Shown one piece after another: positions 1 through 6,862 of a stretch of DNA of 24,500 bases. The notes under the pieces are model-generated. The model had not been told where the DNA came from, did no database searches, and saw nothing but the letters and a program-made list of their open reading frames with translations. The first letter of the stretch is position 1. Every line of letters begins with the position of its first letter. This DNA comes from a bacterium (GTDB lineage: Bacteria; RBG-13-61-14; DATKZS01), in assembly GCA_046484135.1 (NCBI GenBank), contig JAWOBU010000127.1:1-24500 (forward strand), written 5' to 3'. The position numbers and the translations under genes are program-made.

Positions 1-95
1 CCGTCAAATACGCCAACGCCCGCGTCAGAGCCGTCGCCGAAGTCGAGCTGGGCATCTTTTTCACCCTTCTCACCGGGAATAAGTGTAACCGGCAT
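1..95 (-). CDS. Partial ORF running off the left edge (MPVTLIPGEKGEKDAQLDFGDGSDAGVGVFD...); probably the mature part of a lipoprotein whose signal peptide lies inverted at 168-203
   Basis: Manual translation of the minus strand. The frame is open through the left IR arm (FAGCAPDSSSEEGTLSGDDASSLG-MPVT...) to position 1. Too short to assign a family. Confidence 0.4.
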   Translation of the reverse strand, partial: MPVTLIPGEKGEKDAQLDFGDGSDAGVGVFD

Positions 96-97
96 TC

Positions 98-273
98 CCA
101 ATGAGGACGCGTCATCCCCGCTCAGGGTGCCTTCTTCCGACGAGGAATCAGGGGCGCACCCGGCAAATGGACAGGGCTTATGCTGGTGGCATGCACCCTG
201 TTGTTTGCCGGGTGCGCCCCTGATTCCTCGTCGGAAGAAGGCGCCCTGAGCGGAGATGACGCGTCCTCATTGG
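98..273. repeat. Long inverted repeat: 70-bp arms (98-167 and 204-273, 68/70 complementary) with a 36-bp spacer
   Basis: Arm ccaatgaggacgcg...cccggcaaa versus tttgccggg...cgcgtcctcattgg; mismatches only at 117/254 and 128/243. Confidence 0.97.
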
Positions 274-487
274 CCTTCCCTTCGTCCACGTCGTAAGCGT
301 CGCAAAGTTCTTTTATCATCTCTTGTTCCGTGGTGCCCTCTTGTTTTTCCATGAGCTTCCACAGGAAGCTCCCGGTATCGTTAAGGCTGTAATAATACTT
401 GGATTCCAGGTGCAAAAGCACCGCGCTGCCGTCATCCAAGTCTGTAAAAACCACGTCTTCTCTGCCTTTCAACTTCTTCTCCGCCAA
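122..487 (-). CDS. PqqD-family / RiPP recognition element (RRE) protein with aberrant C-terminus (possibly disrupted)
   Basis: REDVVFTDLDDGSAVLLHLESKYYYSLNDTGSFLWKLM...ELCDAYDVDEGKANED matches the PqqD pattern. The expected final helix is replaced by IR-derived sequence. Start is uncertain (TTG 487 with AGAGAG upstream, or ATG 520). Confidence 0.8.
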   Translation of the reverse strand: MAEKKLKGREDVVFTDLDDGSAVLLHLESKYYYSLNDTGSFLWKLMEKQEGTTEQEMIKELCDAYDVDEGKANEDASSPLRAPSSDEESGAHPANNRVHATSISPVHLPGAPLIPRRKKAP

Positions 488-800
488 TTTTAACTCTCTA
501 TTTATATTTGCAAAATTCATACCCTTTTGCCGGGCGATCACTCTAGCTCCACAATATCAAACACTTACGGACAAAAACCGCCGCTTCATCTTCCCCGCGG
601 CCGGTCTTTTTGAAAATTTTGTTGAAATCCAGCGCATTAACTGTAAACTTTTTACATACCCTCGTTAAAATACATCTAATCTCTATCTACCATATTAAAA
701 AGCTCTTGTCAACAAAAAAATTAAAATTTTTTACTTCCCCCCTGAGCCGAGTACTTCCTGAGGAAGAGCCACGCTCCCAAAACATACGCCGGCCGACAGA

Positions 801-1259
801 TCAGGAGGGGACCTCCTTTTCCGAAAGGACCCCGATCCCGTCCAGAATGAGAAGCGCGGTAAAGCACCCTACCCCTTTGACTATACTGCCGTGGTTGTAG
901 ACCTCGTACACACCGCAGGAGGGGCTCCGGTCCTTGAGAACGGCTTTTGTCGCTCCCGCCAGCCGGGCGATCTTCATGGCCTCGGAAGAGCCCCGCAAAA
1001 AAGGCCTTGTTACGTCCCGGCCGTCCCGCATGAAAAGCCGGTTTTTGCCGCTCCGCAAGGTGGTGCCGTCCCCGCGGTCGAACTCGGCGGGAAGCCTGGG
1101 CACCGGAAGCCCGGAAAGCGACTCCGGACACACCGGCACGAACCGCTTGTCCTTTACGTACTCGATCACCTTTTCATGCCTCTTGGACGTCCCGTTATAG
1201 CGGCAGGCCACCCCCAGAAGACAGGCGCTCACCAGCACCACCGGCTCTTTCTCGCCCAT
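801..1259 (-). CDS. DUF523 family protein (2-thiouracil desulfurase TudS-like, Fe-S)
   Basis: Motifs VLVSACLLGVACRYNG, VPVCPE, GLPVPR, LKDRSPSCG, GVG. Start taken at MGEKEP. Confidence 0.9.
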   Translation of the reverse strand: MGEKEPVVLVSACLLGVACRYNGTSKRHEKVIEYVKDKRFVPVCPESLSGLPVPRLPAEFDRGDGTTLRSGKNRLFMRDGRDVTRPFLRGSSEAMKIARLAGATKAVLKDRSPSCGVYEVYNHGSIVKGVGCFTALLILDGIGVLSEKEVPS

Positions 1260-1321
1260 GATGAATCCCTTTCCTGACGGAAACCCGGACCTTCCAGCGG
1301 CCCGGCCCAACCGTACCTATT

Positions 1322-1350
1322 ATTATATACCATCCGGGGCCTTTTGCCAA
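1322..1350 (-). promoter_or_regulatory. Sigma70-type promoter for the DUF523 gene
   Basis: TTGGCA-N17-TATAAT on the minus strand, about 60 bp upstream of the start. Confidence 0.6.
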
Positions 1351-1496
1351 TAAAAAAATTCGGAAAATACCGGATTGTTTGCCTCCCGCTCCCTAAATGA
1401 TTGAGTGAAGTTCCCCCAAAAACTCTTGTTTGATACCCGATTTGCCTTTTACAACATAAAGATGAGACCTGTAAAAAGTGAAAATGTTAACATCGG

Positions 1497-1659
1497 CCTC
1501 AGGGTGGCCCACCCATGCCGCACTGCTTGGAGGGCGGCATGGGTGGGGTACAGGTTAGCCGGGGTTGGCGGGCGCATCTAAAGATGTGTGGACAATAAAA
1601 AGGCGGTTTGACCCTGTAAACCCACCCATCCGAAGACGGATGGGCGGGCCACCCAGAGG
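1497..1659. repeat. REPIN-like structured element: two inverted REP-like hairpins forming a four-way junction
   Basis: Outer stem cctcagggtgg/ccacccagagg; 14-bp perfect hairpin 1508-1547; hairpin 1621-1648; central stem tacagg/cctgta. Confidence 0.75.
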
Positions 1660-1720
1660 TTTTTCTTTTTAAAGTTGTTCTGAAATTTGAAAAATGGGGG
1701 AACTCCACCTCCCGAAATGA

Positions 1721-1748
1721 TTGACCGCCGCAGGAGACCTGATATAAT
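1721..1748 (+). promoter_or_regulatory. Sigma70 promoter with extended -10 for nadC-birA(-coaX)
   Basis: TTGACC-N16-TATAAT with TGn immediately 5' of the -10 box; ATG lies 8 nt downstream. Confidence 0.65.
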
Positions 1749-1756
1749 AGCTGGTT

Positions 1757-2620
1757 ATGGAACACTGCTTCACAGCCGCACTTCTTGACGACTGGATCAA
1801 GGCGGTGCTGGCCGAAGACGTGGGACCCGGTGACGTAACCACCAACGCGCTTGTCCCGAGCTCCGCCCGGGCCCGTATGTGGTGGGAGGCCAAGTCCGAG
1901 CTCACGGCATGCGGCATGGAGCTCGCCGCGCGCTTTTTCACCATCCTGGACCCCGACTGCCGCGTCATAAGAACAGCAGAAGACGGGACCGGCGCCCGGC
2001 CCGGCGACATACTCCTCGAGGTCCGGGGGTCCGCCCGCGCCCTTCTTTGCGCGGAGCGCTCAGCGCTGAACGTCGCCCAGCACCTCTGCGGGGTGGCCAC
2101 TCTGACCCGCGAGTTCGTCGAGCGGGTCCGGGGCACCGGGGCGGTGATCGCGGCCACCCGCAAGACCATGCCGCTTTTGCGGGGGCTGGAGAAACAGGCA
2201 GTATGCGCGGGCGGGGGCGTCCCCCACCGGTTCGGGCTCTCAGACGGCGTCCTTATAAAGGAGAACCACCTGGCCATGGCGGGCTCCATAATTGAGGCAG
2301 TGGCGCGTGGCCGAGAGGGAGCCCATCATCTCCTCCGCATCGAGGTCGAGGTCACCTCTATAGAAGAGTTGGAGCAGGCCCTGGAAGCGGGTGCAGACCT
2401 GGCGCTCCTCGACAACATGGGCATGGAAGCCATGCGGGAGTCGGTCCGGCTCTGCCGCGGCCGCATCCCGCTGGAGGCGTCCGGCAACGTAACCCTTGAC
2501 AACGTCAGAGAGGTCGCCGAGACCGGTGTGGACATCATATCAGTGGGAGCGCTCACCCACTCCGCTCCTTCAGCCGACATCTCCGCCCGCCTGGGGTCTC
2601 TGGAGGACAAGCATGACTGA
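1757..2620 (+). CDS. nadC: Nicotinate-nucleotide pyrophosphorylase (quinolinate phosphoribosyltransferase)
   Basis: Motifs EDVGPGDVTT, TRKT, HRFGLSDGVLIKENH, IEVEV, LLDNM, EASG, ISVGALTHSA. Confidence 0.97.
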   Translation: MEHCFTAALLDDWIKAVLAEDVGPGDVTTNALVPSSARARMWWEAKSELTACGMELAARFFTILDPDCRVIRTAEDGTGARPGDILLEVRGSARALLCAERSALNVAQHLCGVATLTREFVERVRGTGAVIAATRKTMPLLRGLEKQAVCAGGGVPHRFGLSDGVLIKENHLAMAGSIIEAVARGREGAHHLLRIEVEVTSIEELEQALEAGADLALLDNMGMEAMRESVRLCRGRIPLEASGNVTLDNVREVAETGVDIISVGALTHSAPSADISARLGSLEDKHD

Positions 2621-3386
2621 GCCGCTGGAGGAAGCCGCTCTCAGCCGGACCGGCTGTAAGCTCGGCCATTACGTGGTGGTAAAACAAGAGACGGAGTCCA
2701 CCAACGACGACGCGCACGAGCTCGCCGCATCCGGCGGAGCGGCCGGGGCCGCGGTGGTCGCCGAGCTCCAGACCAAAGGCAGGGGCAGGCTCTCCCGGAG
2801 CTGGCTCTCGCCCGCGGGCAAGAACCTGCTTTTTTCACTGGTGCTCCCGGCAGAGCTCGCCCGCCACGGGCCCGGACTCATCACCCTGAGCGCGGGCGTG
2901 GCAGTGGCGCGGGCGCTCCGGAAACGGGGCGTGGACGCGGCCATCAAGTGGCCGAACGACGTGCGCGCAAACGGCCGCAAGCTTGCGGGCATCCTGTGCG
3001 AGTCAGGCGGCCCCGGCGCCGACTACCTGGTCGCGGGCATGGGCATAAACGTGGACCTTAAGCACGAAGACCTCCCGGCCGAGCTCCGGGAGATGGCGAG
3101 CTCCCTCTTTATGGAGACCGGCAGGATGCACGGCCGGGCAGAGCTTTTCAAGGACGTGCTCGCCGGGCTGGAGCGCGAGCTTGCAAGGATAGATGAGGGC
3201 AGGCAGAGCGAGGTCCTGGCCGCCTGGACCGACCTGGCCGAGATGACCGGCAGGAGGATCAAGGCCCATACACCCGGAGGTGTCCTTTCCGGACGAGCCG
3301 CGGGAGTACGTGCGGACGGGGCCTTGCTGCTGGACACCGTCCTCGGACAACAGGCCGTCATAGCAGGAGACATCGTGCCGGAATAA
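2613..3386 (+). CDS. birA: Biotin--[acetyl-CoA-carboxylase] ligase without N-terminal HTH
   Basis: Motifs STN, QTKGRGR..RSW, KWPNDV, KLAGIL, GMGINV. The ATG at 2613 overlaps the nadC end (ATGACTGA). Confidence 0.95.
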   Translation: MTEPLEEAALSRTGCKLGHYVVVKQETESTNDDAHELAASGGAAGAAVVAELQTKGRGRLSRSWLSPAGKNLLFSLVLPAELARHGPGLITLSAGVAVARALRKRGVDAAIKWPNDVRANGRKLAGILCESGGPGADYLVAGMGINVDLKHEDLPAELREMASSLFMETGRMHGRAELFKDVLAGLERELARIDEGRQSEVLAAWTDLAEMTGRRIKAHTPGGVLSGRAAGVRADGALLLDTVLGQQAVIAGDIVPE

Positions 3387-3419
3387 CCGGGATTGATATG
3401 ATTATACGGCCGTTACTCG

Positions 3420-3441
3420 TTGCGTCTTTGCGGCATTGCGT
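3420..3441 (+). repeat. CTTTGCG-type dispersed repeat arm
   Basis: ttgcgtctttgcggcattgcgt: three TTGCG modules, related to 4464-4506, 6809-6833 and 19564-19606. Confidence 0.45.
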
Positions 3442-3486
3442 TTTAAGATTTCTTTTGGACAAAAGTGACATGGAAGGTAAGTTAAA

Positions 3487-4272
3487 ATGCTTCTCGCGGT
3501 TGACGTAGGAAACACCAACACCGGGATCGGAATTTTCCAGGGCGACCAGCTCCAACACCACTGGCGGGTGGTGACCATACGGGAGCGGACGGTGGACGAG
3601 AACATGATACTCTTTAAGGAACTGCTCGAGATGGGCGGGTACGGCTTCCGGGACGTCTCCGGCTTCTGTCTCTCCTCCGTGGTCCCGCCCCTGCTTTCGT
3701 CTCATATCGAGCTCTCGCGCCGCTGCTTCGAGGTCGAGCCCCTGGTGGTCGGCCCCGGCATCAAGACCGGCATGTCCATCCACGTGGAAAACCCGCGGGA
3801 GGTGGGCGCCGACCGGATCGTAAACGCGGTCGCGGCCATCCATATGATCCAGGGACCGGTCATAGTGATTGACTTCGGCACCGCGGTAACATTCGATTTC
3901 GTGAGCGGGGCCGGGAGCTTCGAAGGGGGAGTCATCGCGCCCGGTCTTACCCTGTCCATGGAAGCGCTCTTCCGCGAAGCGTCCAAGCTCCCCAAGGTCG
4001 AGCTTACCCCGCCCCTCAAGGTCATAGGAAAAAACACGGTGTCCGCCATGCAGAGCGGGCTCATCTACGGCCACGCCGGAATGGTGGACGCCATGATCGA
4101 GAGGTTCAACCACGAGATCAAAAAAGACTACCCCCAGGAACCGGAACCCGAGGTCATAGCCACCGGAGGACTTGCATCACTGGTCGCTCCCCAAACCAGA
4201 CACGTGAAACACGTAATCGAAGAGTTGACCCTGCAGGGGCTCAAAATCATATACGACAAAAACAGGCAGTGA
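3487..4272 (+). CDS. coaX: Type III pantothenate kinase
   Basis: Motifs DVGNTN, SSVVP, GADR, DFGTA, GGVIAPG, TGG. The nadC-birA-coaX order is a familiar cluster. Confidence 0.97.
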   Translation: MLLAVDVGNTNTGIGIFQGDQLQHHWRVVTIRERTVDENMILFKELLEMGGYGFRDVSGFCLSSVVPPLLSSHIELSRRCFEVEPLVVGPGIKTGMSIHVENPREVGADRIVNAVAAIHMIQGPVIVIDFGTAVTFDFVSGAGSFEGGVIAPGLTLSMEALFREASKLPKVELTPPLKVIGKNTVSAMQSGLIYGHAGMVDAMIERFNHEIKKDYPQEPEPEVIATGGLASLVAPQTRHVKHVIEELTLQGLKIIYDKNRQ

Positions 4273-4463
4273 ACCGGCCAGGAAAATTCTCCGCCAAGAA
4301 CGCCGGGAAGTCGGAAAAGAGCGGCAGGGTTTGGAAGAAAGTTTTGCAAAAAAGCCGGAACGCCGGCGGCAGAGACCTCCCCGGCTCGATCCCCGCCGCC
4401 GATAATCGCGAGCTGCCGCCGTCCAGAGTTTAGTCCCGCCCAATAAGTTCCAGAGTTTGAAAT

Positions 4464-4506
4464 CTTTGTTTTACCTTTGCGGGGTTGCGCCCCGGTGGGT
4501 AATAAA
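4464..4506 (+). repeat. Dispersed repeat, inverted homolog of 19564-19606
   Basis: ctttgttttacctttgcgg (19 nt) is the exact reverse complement of 19588-19606; similarity continues to aataaa. Confidence 0.7.
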
Positions 4507-4670
4507 AATTTGGCTCCTGATGAAAATCTGTGGATGAAACAGACTTCTCAGTAACCAATTATTTTAACAATATAAGCTTTCAACAAGTCGGGACACCAAT
4601 CCCCCGAACCCCCAGGGATTTTGGAGGCATGGCTCCGGTGGCCCATGAGGATTGACATTGTTACTTATGA

Positions 4671-4818
4671 TTATAAAGGCTGTTTTGCGTTTTCCGCATT
4701 CTCGGCTGCCGGCGGGGAGAGGCCGGGCCGGTTCCGGTCTTTTCCCTGTCCCCGCTGGAAGCCCTGCAAGCAATAAACGCATCTTTTTCTATCCACCCAC
4801 ACTAAAATACGTAGAACC
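4671..4818 (+). mobile_element. Partial copy (right part with one TIR) of the MITE at 6475-6739
   Basis: 148-bp direct repeat of 6542-6739 lacking a 50-bp insert; both end in ccacactaaaatacgtagaacc. Confidence 0.75.
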
Positions 4819-4870
4819 TGAAAGCTTAAGACGCTCTTGCCTTTCGAAATTTAAGTTAAGCTCTGGGGGG

Positions 4871-4928
4871 CCTGCCTGTGCGTTCCGCCTGCCTGTGTGT
4901 TCCGCACGCAGACAGGCACGCAGACAGG
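4871..4928 (+). repeat. 29-bp palindromic unit nested inside a second copy of itself
   Basis: cctgcctgtgcgttccg[cctgcctgtgtgttccgcacgcagacagg]cacgcagacagg. Confidence 0.85.
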
Positions 4929-5142
4929 GCCGACGGTGCGCCCGTGGCTCCGATGGCTCCTGGTGATATAAAAGCCGGGAGCCATTACTACAACAGTCAA
5001 ACAACATGTTCAAGTACGCTTAATCCTGATGAGCCCAATTTAAGGTTGACATGATAAACAGCCTCTGCTAGTCCTCAGAATCGTGGAGGTTCGGGCCGGT
5101 CCCGGCAGGTTGAGGCAGAAGGAACGAAGGGAGTAAGACAAG

Positions 5143-6306
5143 ATGAAAAAGACTATTATAGCGGCCGTGATTGCGGTCATGATGGCGGGGTACGCGGCGG
5201 AAACCGTGGCGGCAAAAGCCGAGGTGGAAGAGAAGGCATTACTTATTGCGACTTTGAAGGGAGACGCCGAAAAGGTCGAGACCCTTTTAGAGAAGGGGGC
5301 GGACCCCGACGCAACGGACAAGAACGGTGCGACACCCTTGATATTTGCGAGCTTGAAGGGCCACCCCGAGGTCGTGGAAAAGCTTCTTTCCGCGGGTGCG
5401 GACCCCAATGCGAAGGACAGGATTTCTCAGACCCCCCTGATGATGGCGACCCAGGAGGGACATGAGGATATAGTCAATCAGCTCCTTGAGGCGGGGGCGG
5501 ACATTAACGCGAGGGACAAAAACGGGGGAACCCCACTGATGGGTGCGAGCTTTCAGGGCCACTCCGAGATCGTCAAGCAGCTCCTTTCCGCGGGAGCGGA
5601 CCCCGACGTGAAGACCAAGGGCAAGAAAGCGGGGACCCCCTTGATACTTGCGAGCTATAAGGGCCATGAGGAAGTAGTCAATCAGCTCCTTTCCGCGGAC
5701 GCGGACCCCAACATAAAGAGAAAAGACGGAGTCACCGCGCTGATGATGGCGAGCCAAAAGGGACATCCCGGCATGGTCAATCAGCTCATTGAGGCGGGGG
5801 CGGACCCCAACGCACAGAGAAAAGACGGGGTCACCGCGCTCATGAATGCAAGCGAAAATGGCCATGCCGAGGTCATCAAGCAGCTCATTGAGGCGGGAGC
5901 AGAGCCCGACATGAAGAAAGATGACAGCGTCACCGCGCTCATGATGGCGAGCCAAAAGGGACATGCCGGTGTCGTCAAGCAACTCCTTACCGGGGAAGCG
6001 GACCCCAACGTGAAGAAAGATAACGGGTGGACCGCGCTCATGTCCGCGAGTTTCAAGGGCCATCCCGGGATCGTCAAACAGCTCCTTTCCGAGGGTGCGG
6101 ACCCGAACGCCAAGAGAAATGACGGGATCACCGCGCTCATGCTGGCGAGTTTTGAGGGCCATCCCGAAATCGTCAAGCAGCTCATTTCCGCGGACGCGGA
6201 CATTAACGCGAAAAACGAGGATGGTGAGACCGCACTGACGCTGGCGAAAGACAAAGAGCACTCCGAAGTGGTCAATCTGCTCAAAAAACACGGCGCCAAA
6301 AAGTGA
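5143..6306 (+). CDS. Secreted ankyrin-repeat protein (about 11 repeats)
   Basis: N-terminal signal peptide MKKTIIAAVIAVMMAGYAA; tandem 33-aa G.T(P/A)LM.AS..GH..(I/V)V..L...GADPN repeats; GGAG RBS. Confidence 0.95.
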   Translation: MKKTIIAAVIAVMMAGYAAETVAAKAEVEEKALLIATLKGDAEKVETLLEKGADPDATDKNGATPLIFASLKGHPEVVEKLLSAGADPNAKDRISQTPLMMATQEGHEDIVNQLLEAGADINARDKNGGTPLMGASFQGHSEIVKQLLSAGADPDVKTKGKKAGTPLILASYKGHEEVVNQLLSADADPNIKRKDGVTALMMASQKGHPGMVNQLIEAGADPNAQRKDGVTALMNASENGHAEVIKQLIEAGAEPDMKKDDSVTALMMASQKGHAGVVKQLLTGEADPNVKKDNGWTALMSASFKGHPGIVKQLLSEGADPNAKRNDGITALMLASFEGHPEIVKQLISADADINAKNEDGETALTLAKDKEHSEVVNLLKKHGAKK

Positions 6307-6474
6307 GCTCCAGGCCGGTGGGCGGCACCCATGAGCGCATGTAGGCAAGGGAAAAAGATGAAACATGACTGCTCCTGATGAAAACGCGCTCAGCCCGTTT
6401 TTCCCTGTCTAAATGGGCTTGTAGGGTATTGAAAATATGGTGTCCAAGGAATGTTAACAAGTCCATCAATTTAA

Positions 6475-6739
6475 GGATCAACGTGTTTAAGTGTGGATAA
6501 CTGGAGAATGTCTCTTACCGACATCGGATCTTTCCTTCTGGTTATAAAGGCTGTTTTGCGTTTTGCGCATTCTCGGCTGCCGGCGGGGAGAAGGCGGGCC
6601 AGTTCCGGTCTTTTCCCTGTTCCGCGCTGTCTGCCCAGTCTGCGTGCCTGTCTGCGTGCGGAACGCACAGGCAGGCTGGAAGCCCTGAAAGCGATAAACG
6701 CATCGTTTTCTATCCACCCACACTAAAATACGTAGAACC
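6475..6739. mobile_element. MITE / internally deleted IS remnant with 22-bp imperfect TIRs
   Basis: Left ggatcaacgtgtttaagtgtgg versus right reverse complement ggttctacgtattttagtgtgg (18/22); second partial copy at 4671-4818. No transposase and no clear target duplication. Confidence 0.7.
6647..6675 (-). repeat. 29-bp palindromic unit inserted within the MITE
   Basis: cctgtctgcgtgcggaacgcacaggcagg is the reverse complement of the outer unit at 4871; it is absent from the other MITE copy. Confidence 0.85.
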
Positions 6740-6808
6740 GGGTTTTTTGAAAAGCAAACATGCAAATTCTCTAAAACAGCAAAACGGCTCGAGCTTGTTA
6801 TGTTTTTT

Positions 6809-6833
6809 CTTTGCGGTCTTCGCGTGAAATAAA
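6809..6833 (+). repeat. CTTTGCG-type dispersed repeat arm
   Basis: ctttgcggtcttcgcgtgaaataaa shares ctttgcgg and cgtgaaataaa with the reverse complement of 19564-19595. Confidence 0.55.
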
Positions 6834-6862
6834 AAGTCCATTTTGGACAAAATAGTTTCGCT

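Noticed and set aside
1497..1659. 6S RNA, tRNA or riboswitch identity
   Set aside because: The branched symmetric architecture and a related copy at 21936 fit a repeat better; no tRNA T/D-loop or riboswitch consensus recognised.
4422..4458. tccagagttt duplicated; possible IS end
   Set aside because: Only 10 bp, with no matching opposite end found.
4652..4677. TTGACA...TATAAA promoter at the MITE junction
   Set aside because: The spacer is only 14 nt, outside the normal 16-18.
4564..5013. Short ORFs at 4564-5013 and 6471-6873 with mutually similar translations
   Set aside because: The similarity comes from the MITE and palindrome repeats; no transposase motifs.
5280..6240. Regular ~99-bp repeats considered as a CRISPR array or DGR template
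   Set aside because: They are in-frame ankyrin coding repeats, with no unique spacers, cas genes or reverse transcriptase.
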